Shown here piece by piece: positions 17,181 through 26,900 of a stretch of DNA of 33,985 nt. Under the pieces are notes generated by a model. That model had not been told where the DNA came from. It did not search any database and saw only the letters and a program-made list of their open reading frames with translations. How positions within the stretch are numbered: position 1 is the first letter of the stretch; the number at the start of each line of letters is the position of its first letter. This stretch comes from Actinomycetota bacterium (GTDB lineage: Bacteria > Actinomycetota > UBA4738 > HRBIN12): contig VAYX01000016.1 in the NCBI GenBank assembly GCA_005885325.1, forward strand, positions 1 to 33,985. Direction: 5' to 3'. The position numbers were made by a program, and so were the translations under genes.

Positions 17181-18023
17181 TCAGCTCTGGCATTGCGGGC
17201 AGAAGTAGGCGCTCCGGCCGGAGACCTTCACGGTCTGGATCGGGGTGCGGCAGCGCCGGCAGGGCAGGCTCTGGCGGCCGTAGACCTTGAGCTCGTTCTG
17301 GAACTCGCCTGGCTTGCCGAACAGGTCGAGGTACGCCTCGTCCTCCAGCGTCGTCCCCCGGTACCGGATGGCCTCCTGCAAGACCTCCTGGAGCGAGCGA
17401 TAGAGACGGCGCACCTCCTGCGAGGAGAGTGTGTCCGACAACCGGTCGTGCCGCAGCCCCGCGGCGAACAGAACCTCGTCGGAGTAGATGTTGCCCAGCC
17501 CGGAGATGAACTTCTGGTCCATGAGGAGCTGCTTCAGCTTCGACCCCCGTTGGGCCATCTGCCCCCCAAACGACTGCCACGTGAAGACGTGGTCGAGGGG
17601 GTCGATGGCGATGTGCTGGAGCTCCTTCACCTTCCCCAGGTCATCGCCGGCCGCGACGAACATCTCCCCGAAGGTGCGCGGGTCGACGAACCGGAGGTCG
17701 CCCCCCTGCTGGAAGGTGATCACGACGTGGGTATGGGGCGGGAGCGGCACCCGCTTGTTGCCTCGGACGAACTGGCCGCTCATGCCGAAATGGACCACAA
17801 GCACGTCACCGTTGTCCAGGAACAGCAGGACGTACTTCCCACGGCGGTCGGCCTTCAGGATCTTGCGGCCGACGAGCCTGTCGACGAACTCCTTGCGCCT
17901 GCCGTGCCGGCGGATGACCCGCATGGCATTCTTCGACGGTCGGACCTCGGCCGCGGCGATCTTGCGGCCCACGACGTCCTTTTCGAGGTCTCGCCGCATC
18001 ACCTCGACTTCGGGAAGCTCCAC
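17181..18023 (-). CDS. mutM: Fpg/MutM DNA glycosylase with atypical N-terminus (MELPEVE)
   Basis: ELPEVE, RRGKY, HFGMSG, DPRTFG, H2TH GLGNIYSDE, and zinc finger CRRC..GRSAYFCPQCQ. Confidence 0.93.
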   Translation of the reverse strand: MELPEVEVMRRDLEKDVVGRKIAAAEVRPSKNAMRVIRRHGRRKEFVDRLVGRKILKADRRGKYVLLFLDNGDVLVVHFGMSGQFVRGNKRVPLPPHTHVVITFQQGGDLRFVDPRTFGEMFVAAGDDLGKVKELQHIAIDPLDHVFTWQSFGGQMAQRGSKLKQLLMDQKFISGLGNIYSDEVLFAAGLRHDRLSDTLSSQEVRRLYRSLQEVLQEAIRYRGTTLEDEAYLDLFGKPGEFQNELKVYGRQSLPCRRCRTPIQTVKVSGRSAYFCPQCQS

Positions 18024-18755
18024 CTACGCTCCCTTCGACCCCGTCTCGACGGGGCGCTCCGAGAGCTTCACGTAGGCTTCGTGGGCGGCCTGCTGCTCGG
18101 CCTCTTTCTTGGAGCGGCCGATCCCGGTGCCGTAGGGCCTCCCGGCCAGGAAGACGGTGGCCGTGAACTCCTTCTCATGGTCGGGGCCCCGTTCGTCGAT
18201 GCGGTACTCCGGGAGCGCCCGCAGGTCCTGCGAGGCCAGCTCCTGGAGGATCGTCTTGTAATCGCGTTCTCCCTCGCCCCGGACGTACGCAACCATGCGC
18301 GGGCGGAACAACCGCTCGATGATCGGTCGCGCGGCGTCGAGCCCGAGGTCGAGGTAGACAGCGCCCAGGACGGCCTCCAAGGCGTCGGCCAGGATGCTGG
18401 ACTTGTCCCTTCCCCCGGAGAGCTCCTCCCCCTTGCCCAGGCGGATCACCGAACCGAGCCCGAGGTCGCGGGCCACCTCGGCCAGGGCTCCCATGTTCAC
18501 GATGGCCGCACGCAGCTTGGCCAGCTCACCCTCGGAGAGGTCGGGGAACTCCCGGTACGCCAGATCGGTGACCACCAGACCGAGGACGGCATCGCCCAGG
18601 AACTCGAGGCGCTCGTTGTTGAACGCGAGCTCCTGCTCGAACGCGAACGACCGGTGGGTCAACGACTGGTCACGAAGGTCGGCGTCCGCGAAGCGGACGC
18701 CGAGCGCCCGCTCCAAGGCCACGGTCGTCGCGTCGTCGGCACCGGTCGAGCTCAC
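18024..18755 (-). CDS. rnc: Ribonuclease III
   Basis: [26 protein letters not shown], and ds[20 protein letters not shown]. Start set at GTG 18755 after GAGGGA; the ORF-track extension through rpmF is spurious. Confidence 0.96.
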   Translation of the reverse strand: MSSTGADDATTVALERALGVRFADADLRDQSLTHRSFAFEQELAFNNERLEFLGDAVLGLVVTDLAYREFPDLSEGELAKLRAAIVNMGALAEVARDLGLGSVIRLGKGEELSGGRDKSSILADALEAVLGAVYLDLGLDAARPIIERLFRPRMVAYVRGEGERDYKTILQELASQDLRALPEYRIDERGPDHEKEFTATVFLAGRPYGTGIGRSKKEAEQQAAHEAYVKLSERPVETGSKGA

Positions 18756-18774
18756 GCGGTCCCTCACGACCTCG

Positions 18775-18951
18775 CTACTCGACCTCGATGGCCTGGCGAC
18801 CCCCGTAGTAGCCGCAATTGGCGCAGACACGATGGGGGAGCTTGGGTTGATGGCACTGGGGGCAGGTGGAGTACGTCGCGGCCTGCGCCTTCCAGTTGGC
18901 ACGCCGCTTGGCCCCCCGGGCCTGGGTCTGTCTCCTCTTCGGTACCGGCAT
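18775..18951 (-). CDS. rpmF: 50S ribosomal protein L32 (zinc-binding, 4-Cys form)
   Basis: [24 protein letters not shown], with SD AAGGAAGG. Confidence 0.95.
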   Translation of the reverse strand: MPVPKRRQTQARGAKRRANWKAQAATYSTCPQCHQPKLPHRVCANCGYYGGRQAIEVE

Positions 18952-18979
18952 CGGTCCTTCCTTTCTCGCCTGTCGCGCC

Positions 18980-19489
18980 CTACGGGTCGCGGAACAGCTG
19001 CTCGAGCCCGGCCCACCGTGGATCGACGACCTCCTCGGAGCACGTGCACTCGCCGAGGTTGCGGTCGCCACCGCAACGCGGGCACAGCCCCAGACAATCG
19101 GGCCGGCACAAGGGGGAGAACGGCATCGACAGGACGACGGAGTCCCGGACCATCTGCTCCGGGTCCAGCGTCAGGTCCTCACCGAGCTCGTAATCGTCCT
19201 CCGGACCCGGCCGGAGAGGGAACAGCTCGTGCATCTCGACGTCGAACGGCTGCGTGAACTCCTTCAGGCATCGGGCGCAGCGGAGCGCCATCGTGCCCCG
19301 GATGGTCCCGGTCGCGTACACCCCGTCGACCACGCTCTCCAATGTGAGATCGCCCGAGAGGCGCTGGTCCCCCGAAACCTCGGCAAGCTCCGTGTGCAAC
19401 CCCTCGACGGCCTCGTCCACGCGCACCGTCTTGGTCGAGCCTGGGCTGTCGACCAGGTCGCGGACGTCGATCGCGCGCATCACCATCAC
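18980..19489 (-). CDS. yceD: YceD/DUF177 family protein
   Basis: [20 protein letters not shown] and DPRWAGL; located upstream of rpmF. Confidence 0.92.
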   Translation of the reverse strand: MMVMRAIDVRDLVDSPGSTKTVRVDEAVEGLHTELAEVSGDQRLSGDLTLESVVDGVYATGTIRGTMALRCARCLKEFTQPFDVEMHELFPLRPGPEDDYELGEDLTLDPEQMVRDSVVLSMPFSPLCRPDCLGLCPRCGGDRNLGECTCSEEVVDPRWAGLEQLFRDP

Positions 19490-20019
19490 TCCTCTTCCTC
19501 CAACTCCTCCGGGCCGAACTCCTGCTGGGCCGGCGCCGTCCCCCGCAGGCGGTCCCTTCCCCCCTCCACCTGCTCGAGCGTGCGGCCCAGGGCGGCCTTG
19601 GTGGCAGCCAGCTCCTCACCGCTTCGCTGCAGCGCGATCTCGAATTGGGCCAGCTTGGCGTCCACGTAGTCTTCGGCCTCCAGGCGCATCCGCCGGGCCT
19701 CCTCGCGGGCCTCGGCCAGGATCCGGTCGGCTTCGGCCTCCGCTCGCTTCATCACCTCTTCGCGGGTGGCCATGCGGAGCTGCTCCTGCTCTGCCTCCTC
19801 CACGATCCGCTGCGAGTCGCGGCGGGCCTTGGTCAGGAGCTCCTCACGATCCTTCACCACCCACCGGGCCTGCTTGATCTCCTCGGGCAAGGCCTCCCGC
19901 ATCTGGGCCACCAGCTCCAGGATCTCCTCCCGGTTCAGCAGGGCCGACGAGGAGAGCGGCATGGACTTCGCCTCCCTGATCATGTCCTCCATCTGTTGCA
20001 GGCGGGCCGCAAGGTCCAC
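19486..20019 (-). CDS. Coiled-coil DivIVA-related protein (SepIVA/Rv2927c-like)
   Basis: EAKSMPLSSSALLNREE, ALPEEIKQARWV and EAEDYVDAKLAQFE, at the conserved coaD-DUF177 position. GTG 20019 overlaps the coaD stop. Confidence 0.8.
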   Translation of the reverse strand: MDLAARLQQMEDMIREAKSMPLSSSALLNREEILELVAQMREALPEEIKQARWVVKDREELLTKARRDSQRIVEEAEQEQLRMATREEVMKRAEAEADRILAEAREEARRMRLEAEDYVDAKLAQFEIALQRSGEELAATKAALGRTLEQVEGGRDRLRGTAPAQQEFGPEELEEEE

Positions 20020-20504
20020 TACCGGGGACCCCCGAGCTTCTCCGCCAGCCGCTCGGCCACGACCGCCGGCACCAGCCCCGAGACGTCGCCTCCGTACCTG
20101 GCGACCTCCCTGACCAAAGACGAGGACAGGAACGACCAGTTCGGCGCGGTGGTCATGAACAGGGTCTCCACGCCCGACAGGCTCCGGTTCATCTGGGCCA
20201 TCTGGATCTCGTACTCGAAGTCCGTCACCGCCCGGAGGCCCTTGACAATGACGCTGGAGCCCCGGAGCCTTGCGTAGTCCACGAGCAATCCGGAGAACGG
20301 ATCGACCTCCACGTTCCCCAGCTCGCTCGTTGCCTCCTTGAGCATCGAGACCCGCTCCTCCACACTGAACAATGGTTGCTTGGCCGGGTTCTCCAGCACC
20401 GCGACCACCACCGTGTCGAAGTGCCGCCCAGCCCGTTCGATGATGTCGAGATGACCGTTCGTCACGGGGTCGAACGTCCCCGGACACAGGGCGGTCAAGC
20501 CCAA
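20019..20504 (-). CDS. coaD: Phosphopantetheine adenylyltransferase
   Basis: CPGTFDPVTNGHLDII, KGLRAVTDFEYE and SSSLVRE. Confidence 0.97.
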   Translation of the reverse strand: MGLTALCPGTFDPVTNGHLDIIERAGRHFDTVVVAVLENPAKQPLFSVEERVSMLKEATSELGNVEVDPFSGLLVDYARLRGSSVIVKGLRAVTDFEYEIQMAQMNRSLSGVETLFMTTAPNWSFLSSSLVREVARYGGDVSGLVPAVVAERLAEKLGGPR

Positions 20505-20505
20505 C

Positions 20506-21060
20506 TCAGACCTCCCGGTAGACCAGGACGAGGGTGTCGCCGTACTCCAGGCGCCTCGCGACGTGCCAGTGTACTGGAATGACAGGCATGGAACCCCTGA
20601 CCGGACGGGTCAGGACGACCGTCCACCCGTGCTCGGGGAGCCATCCCGATCCGAGCTCGGCGAGCACGGCGTCCACCTCCGCCTCGGGCGCCTCGTAGGG
20701 GGGATCGGCCACCACCAGGTCGAACGGTCCTGCCGATCTGTCATGCCTGGTGACGAACGCGGTCACCGCCGAAGCGATCACGGCCCCCCGCTCGGCCAGC
20801 GCCGTACGGTCGAGGTTCCGGCGGATGGTGGTCAGTGCCGGGCGGCTCCGGTCCACGAAGGCGGCCCGCTCCGCCCCCCGCGAGAGGGCCTCGATGCCCA
20901 ATGCGCCCGTCCCCGCGTACAGGTCCAGCACCGCCGCGCCGGGGACGTCGGAGGCGATGCTGGAGAACAGGCCCTCCCTCGCCATGTCGGAGACCGGGCG
21001 AACCCCCCGCGGGACGGGCGCCAGGCGGACGCCTTTCGCCGTCCCGGCGATGATCCGCAT
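20506..21060 (-). CDS. rsmD: 16S rRNA (guanine966-N2)-methyltransferase RsmD
   Basis: MRIIAG..KG, VRP, LDLYAGTGALGIEALSRGA, DPPY and YGDT. Confidence 0.93.
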   Translation of the reverse strand: MRIIAGTAKGVRLAPVPRGVRPVSDMAREGLFSSIASDVPGAAVLDLYAGTGALGIEALSRGAERAAFVDRSRPALTTIRRNLDRTALAERGAVIASAVTAFVTRHDRSAGPFDLVVADPPYEAPEAEVDAVLAELGSGWLPEHGWTVVLTRPVRGSMPVIPVHWHVARRLEYGDTLVLVYREV

Positions 21061-21067
21061 GGAAACG

Positions 21068-21073
21068 ACTGTA
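21068..21073 (-). promoter_or_regulatory. -10 box, leaderless-type, for rsmD
   Basis: TACAGT 7 nt upstream of ATG 21060, with no SD. Confidence 0.55.
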
Positions 21074-21090
21074 ACGGCGTCGGCAGACCG

Positions 21091-23289
21091 CTAGGAGTGG
21101 AACAGCCAGTCGATCGAGCGCTCGAACCGACTCCGAAGCTCGTCGAGGAGGCCCGGGTGTCGCTCGAGATCGGGATCCTCCTCGATCGCGGCGAACGCCC
21201 GTGCTCGCGCCCGCTTCACCAGCTCGAGGTCGTCGGCGAGGCGCGCGAGCTTCAGGTCCGGAAGCCCCGATTGGCGAACGTCGAACAGCGTGCCCTCGCC
21301 CCGCAGGCGCAGGTCCTCGTCGGCCAGCTCGAACCCGTCCGTGGTCCGAACCATGGCCGCGAGTCGAGCCCTGGCCTCCTCGTTCTCCGGGGTGCTCTCG
21401 TCGAACAGGACGCAGTACGACCGGTACTCGCCACGCCCGATCCTCCCCCGGAGCTGGTGGAGCTGCGCCAGGCCGAACCGCTCGGCGTTCTCCACCATCA
21501 TCACGGTCGCGTTGGGGACGTCGACGCCGACCTCGATCACGGTGGTGGAGATCAGCAGGTGGTGCTTGCCCGCCCGGAACTCCTCCATCACCCGCTCCTT
21601 GGCCGTCGGCCGGAGCCGCCCGTGCAGGACCTCCACGGAGAGGTCCGGGAACACCTGGGTCGCCAGCCGCTCGGCCTCCTTCTCGGCGGCCCGGACCTCG
21701 GCCCGATTGGCCTCGTCGATCGCCGCGCAGACCACGAAGGCCTGCCGGCCGGCCTGAACCTCCCGGCGGACCAGGTCGTAGGCCGCCGTACGCTCCGCGG
21801 CGGTCTTGGCGATCCGGGTCTCGACGGGCTGGCGACCCGAGGGCATCTCGTCCAGCAGGACCACGTCGAGGTCCCCGTAGTACGTGAGCGCGAGTGTCCG
21901 GGGGATGGGGGTGGCCGTCATGATCAGCACATCCGGTGAGCCGCCCTTCCCCTTCAGTGCCATCCTCTGGTGGACGCCGAACCGATGCTGCTCGTCGATC
22001 ACGGCGAGGGACAGGTCCAGGAACGAGACGCCCTCCTGGACCAGCGCGTGGGTCCCCACGACGAGGTCCACGTCACCGCCGGCGATGCCGTCCAGGATCC
22101 TGGTCCGGTCCTTGCCGGTCACCGACGCCGACAACAGCGCGTAGGTGACGCCGGGCCCGCCCGTCGATGTCTGGGACTCGAGCAACGACGCCTGGCCATC
22201 GGTAGGTCCGTCCGCCAGCTCGAGGTAGGAAACGGCCCCGAACGGCCCCAGCAGCTCGGTCATCGACCGGAAATGCTGCCCGGCGAGGACTTCGGTCGGG
22301 GCCATGATCGCCGCCTGGTGGCCCGACTGGATCGCGACCAGCGCCGCATAGAGCGCGACCAGGGTCTTGCCCGAGCCCACGTCCCCCTGCAGGAGCGCGT
22401 TCATGGGTCGGGGACGGGCCATGGCGTCCCCCACCTGTTGCATGGCCCGGCGCTGTGCCCGGGTGGGCTCGAACGGCACGCCGGTGAGCAGCCGCTCCAC
22501 CAGCGGACCGCTCGTTTCGTGCGCGACTCCTCGCTGGCCCGCCTCCACCCGATGCTTGCGGAACGCCACGCCGAGCTCCAGCGTGAACAGTTCGTCGAAC
22601 TTCAGCCGTTCACGGGCACTCGCCAGATCCTCCTGTGACTCGGGGAAGTGGACGGCGCGGATGGCCGGATCGAAGGATGGGAGGGACTCGGCCGCGACGA
22701 TGTCCTCGGGGAGTGGGTCGGGGATCCGCGGAAGGCGTTCGAGCGCTCGGAACACGAGCTCGCGGATGGTCCGGGTGGTCACGCCCTCCGTGGCCCGGTG
22801 GACCGGCGTGATCCGGCCGGTGTGCACCATGTCCGCCTCGGCCCCCCGGAGGATCTCCACCTCGAAGTTGACCATCTGCAACTTGCCCCGGTACAGGGCT
22901 GGGGTGCCGGACACGGCGAGCTCCTGCCCTTCCTTGTACAGCGTCGCCGCCCACGGCTGATTGAAGAACGTGAGGTCGAGGTAGCCAGAGCCGTCGTACA
23001 GGGTGACCGTCACCATGCTCTGGCGCCTGCGGGTCTGGCGCTTCGTGGTCCGCTTCACCCGGGCGATGACCGTCCCCTCCTGCCCCACCCGGAGATCCCG
23101 GATCGAGGCCACCTGCGATCGGTCGATGTAGCGCCGCGGGTAGTGATGGAGCAGGTCCCGCACCGTGCGGATGTCCAGCGCCTCAGCCAGGACGTCGGCG
23201 GCCGGCGGGCCCTTGTCTTTGAACCCGGCCCGGCGCGCCGCCAGGGCGCGGTCGATGGCCGTGATCGGCGACGAGAGCGTGAGCGTCAC
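21091..23289 (-). CDS. recG: ATP-dependent DNA helicase RecG
   Basis: HYPRRY, wedge domain FFNQ, LLQGDVGSGKT, DEQHRFG, TATPIPRT, QLRGRIGRG and DGFELADEDLRLRGEG. Start is probably GTG 23289, because the ORF-track start overlaps tlpA. Confidence 0.96.
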   Translation of the reverse strand: MTLTLSSPITAIDRALAARRAGFKDKGPPAADVLAEALDIRTVRDLLHHYPRRYIDRSQVASIRDLRVGQEGTVIARVKRTTKRQTRRRQSMVTVTLYDGSGYLDLTFFNQPWAATLYKEGQELAVSGTPALYRGKLQMVNFEVEILRGAEADMVHTGRITPVHRATEGVTTRTIRELVFRALERLPRIPDPLPEDIVAAESLPSFDPAIRAVHFPESQEDLASARERLKFDELFTLELGVAFRKHRVEAGQRGVAHETSGPLVERLLTGVPFEPTRAQRRAMQQVGDAMARPRPMNALLQGDVGSGKTLVALYAALVAIQSGHQAAIMAPTEVLAGQHFRSMTELLGPFGAVSYLELADGPTDGQASLLESQTSTGGPGVTYALLSASVTGKDRTRILDGIAGGDVDLVVGTHALVQEGVSFLDLSLAVIDEQHRFGVHQRMALKGKGGSPDVLIMTATPIPRTLALTYYGDLDVVLLDEMPSGRQPVETRIAKTAAERTAAYDLVRREVQAGRQAFVVCAAIDEANRAEVRAAEKEAERLATQVFPDLSVEVLHGRLRPTAKERVMEEFRAGKHHLLISTTVIEVGVDVPNATVMMVENAERFGLAQLHQLRGRIGRGEYRSYCVLFDESTPENEEARARLAAMVRTTDGFELADEDLRLRGEGTLFDVRQSGLPDLKLARLADDLELVKRARARAFAAIEEDPDLERHPGLLDELRSRFERSIDWLFHS

Positions 23290-23337
23290 GGGGAGCCGGT
23301 CGGTTCGGTCGGCGGCGCGGAACCCACACCGTGGTTC

Positions 23338-23343
23338 TACCAT
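23338..23343 (+). promoter_or_regulatory. -10 box, leaderless-type, for the TlpA gene
   Basis: TACCAT 7 nt upstream of ATG 23351. Confidence 0.5.
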
Positions 23344-23350
23344 GCACCTC

Positions 23351-23902
23351 ATGCCGCTCCGCCGGATCGCCTTCGCGTCCGCCCTCATCGCGATGGCGGC
23401 GGCGGCGTGCACGGGTGGTGCCTCGGACGTCGGCGGGGGCGATCGGACGCCGGTTCCGGCGCGGAACGCCACGCAGGCCCCCCTCCTGCCGACCGACGCT
23501 TCGGCCCTTCCCGGGTTCGACTTCGGAACCTTCCAGGAGCTGCTGGGTCAGCTGAAGGGAACCCCCGTGGTCGTGAACGTCTGGGCGGCATGGTGCGGGC
23601 CGTGCCGGGTGGAGGCCCCGGACCTGGCGTCCGCCTCGCACTCCTACGGCTCCCGCGTCCAGTTCTTGGGGGTGGACATCTTGGACTCGCGATCATCGGC
23701 CAGGTCCTTCATGGTCGAGTACGGGTGGAACTACCCGAGCGTCTTCGACCCCACGGCCGCGATCCGAAACGGTTTGGGGTTCGTGGGGCAGCCGGACACC
23801 ATCTTCTACGACGCCGGGGGCCGCATCGCGATGACCTGGCAGGGGCCGCTCACCCCCGCTGCCCTCCAGAAGGGATTGAACAGGATCCTTCCTTCGGTCT
23901 GA
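23351..23902 (+). CDS. TlpA/ResA-like thiol-disulfide oxidoreductase lipoprotein
   Basis: Signal peptide MPLRRIAFASALIAMAAAA-C (lipobox-like), VVNVWAAWCGPCRVE (CxxC) and cis-Pro GQPDT. Confidence 0.9.
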   Translation: MPLRRIAFASALIAMAAAACTGGASDVGGGDRTPVPARNATQAPLLPTDASALPGFDFGTFQELLGQLKGTPVVVNVWAAWCGPCRVEAPDLASASHSYGSRVQFLGVDILDSRSSARSFMVEYGWNYPSVFDPTAAIRNGLGFVGQPDTIFYDAGGRIAMTWQGPLTPAALQKGLNRILPSV

Positions 23903-23905
23903 GCG

Positions 23906-26900
23906 TCAATGGTCGATGGGCGAAAGGATCGACGATCGGTTCCGTGCCGGCGTCTTCAACTCGTCGAGGACGGCCTCGGCCCTGCGATACAGCCTGCCGG
24001 CCATCCGCCGATCTCCACGCCGCTTCTCGGCCGCAGCGTGGAGCGAAAGGGACCGCGCAAGCCACGCAGTCCGACCCATGGTGCTCCACGTTTCGACGGC
24101 TCGCTCGAATGCCTTCGCCGCGCCCTCGTCGTCCCCCGCGCGGAGCGCGTGCAGACCCTCGTTCTCCAGGACGACCGCCGCGATCTCCGCTTCCTCGATC
24201 GCAACGTCAGGTCTGCCCTCGACGTCCGCTCCCGCCAGCAACGCGGACTGCCGCTCCAACGCCACGGCCAGGCCCAGGAAGCCGCCCGAGCCCAGGGACC
24301 GAGCGAGCGAGGCGGCTCGAGCCAGGTGGCGCCGCGCCTCATCCGGCCGGCCGGCGCCAAGGGAGGCTCGTCCACGAAGGAGCGGAACGAGCGGCTCGAG
24401 GATGAGCCAGTCGCTGGCTCGCACCGCGGTACCGAGGCGAACGCCGAGGCCCGAGACCTTGTCCCAGACCCCTCGGTCAAGCGCCAGCCACGCTTCGAAC
24501 AGGAGGGCCTCGCAACGCATCACGCGGATCCTCTTCTGCTCGATGATCAGCCGGGCCGCCCGGAGCCGGCTCTGTGCAAGCGACGGCGAACCGGACCTGA
24601 GCGCCGCGCGGGCTCCCGCCAGGAGCCCGGTGGCTCGAACCCGCGCCGAGCGCAGCTCACGGGCGAGCTCGAGGGCCTCGAGGCTCAGGCGTTCAGCCTC
24701 GTCGGGAGGGCCAACAGCGGCCGCGGCCATGGCACCGATGAGGACGGTGTCGGCCTCCGCATAGCGATCACCTGACTGAGCCGCCAGCGGTCTCGCTTCG
24801 CGCATGATCCGGATGGCCTCCCCGAACTCGCCGCAGAAATACGCGAAGTAGCCGCGTGTCCTGGCCACCGCGGCCCGCGATCGAAGGTCGCGGTCGTCCT
24901 CCGCGAGCCGGTTCGCCTCCTCCAACCACCGATGGAACTCCCGGCCCCCTTGCGTGGTGAGCAGGTACGCGAGGTCCTGGGCGGCGACCGAACGGCCCCA
25001 GCGATCCCTCGAGCGCGTGAACAGGCGATGGGCCTTGCGGAGTTCCAGCAACTCGCGCGAGTAATCGTCTCTGCTCCACGTCTCGGAAAGATGGTGGAGC
25101 GCCCACGCCTGCCCCCGGACATCACCGAGGATCGCGAACTCCCCTCGTGCCTCCTCCAGGAGCGTTCGAGCTCGACGCATGCGACCCGCGTCGCTCTCGG
25201 CTCGTCCCAGCGCGAGCAACGCCCGGGCCGCTAGGCGCCGGTCGCCAAGCTCATGGCCGATGGCCCTGGCCTGGGTGGCGTGCGTGATTGCCTCGCGGTG
25301 CCGCCCCATCTCGATCAAGCTCTCCGCCCGGCCCGTGAGGAGCGTGGCGGTGGTCCGAGGGTCGATGCCTTCCTCATCTTCCTGGACGATGCGAAGGGCC
25401 CGCTCGTACAGAGCCTCGGCGGAGCGCGCCTGGTAGGCGAAGGTCTGCGCCGCAGACCGACCGAGATACCGAACCGCGAGCCGAGCGGTTCCGATCGGTG
25501 GACGCCGGCCCGTCGTCGAGCGCCCGAGCTCCCACGCCCGCTCGTAATGATGGGCGAGCGCGGCGATGGGCTCCTCGGACGCCGACGGGGCACGTCCCCG
25601 CAACCACTCCGCGATCTGCCGATGACGGCGGGCCCGTTCCAATCGCGGCAACGACTCGTAGGCCACCTCGCGGATCAGCGGGTGCTTGAACCCGTACTCC
25701 ACCGACCCCGGGACGGCGCTCGTGGCGCGACGCCGCAGCAGGTCGCGTCCCTCCAGCGACAGCAGGGCCCGGTGAGGATCGGGGACCTCGGACAGGTGTT
25801 CCTCGAGCCCGTCCCACGTCGCATCACCCGCGACCGACGCGTCCTGGAGCACCTGTTTCTCGTCCGGTGGAAGCCCGTCCAGCCGAGCGGCGATCAACGA
25901 CCGGATCGTCGGGGGCACGGCCTGCAGGAGGTTCGGCTGGGCCACTCGCCAGCCGGTGGCTCCGGACACCAGCGCACCCGTCTCGACCAGCATCCCCAGG
26001 CTCTCCTCGAGGAACAACGGGTTGCCTGCGGCCAACCCCACCGGGGCCTGGACCACTGCACGGGGGGCCGCTTCTCCCAGGACGCTGTGAGCGAGCTCCA
26101 GCATCGCGGGGTCCGGCAGCGACCCCAGCTCGAGCTGGGGGAGTTTCGCGATCAGCTTGTCGGGCCGGGAGAGACCGAGGAACAGCACAGGGCAGTTCCA
26201 CGGCTGGCGGCTCACGTCCTCGAGGGCCTTCACCAGGTCCGGGTCCGCCCACTGCAGGTCGTCGAGAACGACGGTGACCGGCTGCTTCATCCTGGCCAGC
26301 CCCTCCACGACCGTGCGGACCGCCGCAAGTGCGTCATGCACCGATCCGGGTGCTTGCCCCGGTGCGACCCGTCCGGCCAGCAACAGGCTCATCTCCCTGA
26401 CCAGGGTCCTTCGGTCCACGCCGGCGATGCGCTCCGCGAGTCGCGTCGCCCCGGCCTCGATCTCCTTGATCGGCGCTCCCGGGGAGACGCCGGCGGCCCC
26501 GCCGATCGCTTCGGCCATGGCATGCAGGGGGTGCTGTGGGCCGAAGGGCACGCACCGGCCGGCCAAGACGGAACCGCGCCGCAGGCGTTTGCGGAACTCC
26601 GCCGCGGCCCGCGACTTGCCCAGTCCGGGTTCGCCGGTGACGACGAGGACCCGGGATCGGGCTTCGCGTTCGGTGGCGAGCGTCTCGTCTCGAAGGCGAT
26701 GCATCACGTCCGCCCGGTCGACGAATGCTCTCGTCGGCGTCCGGCCCTGTCGCGTGGCCGGGCGGGCCGACCGGACGCCCACGGCCTCATAGGTCGCGAG
26801 ATCGGGCTTGCCCTTCGCTTGCCGGGTGTATCGGGGGCCGTACCGGATGGCGCCGGAGGTCCGGGCCCTCGTGCGCTCGTCGACCAACACCCGCCCGCCC

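Noticed and set aside
18756-19109. N-terminal extension of RNase III in the ORF track
   Set aside because: It runs through rpmF and yceD in another frame, and an SD-preceded GTG at 18755 gives a normal length.
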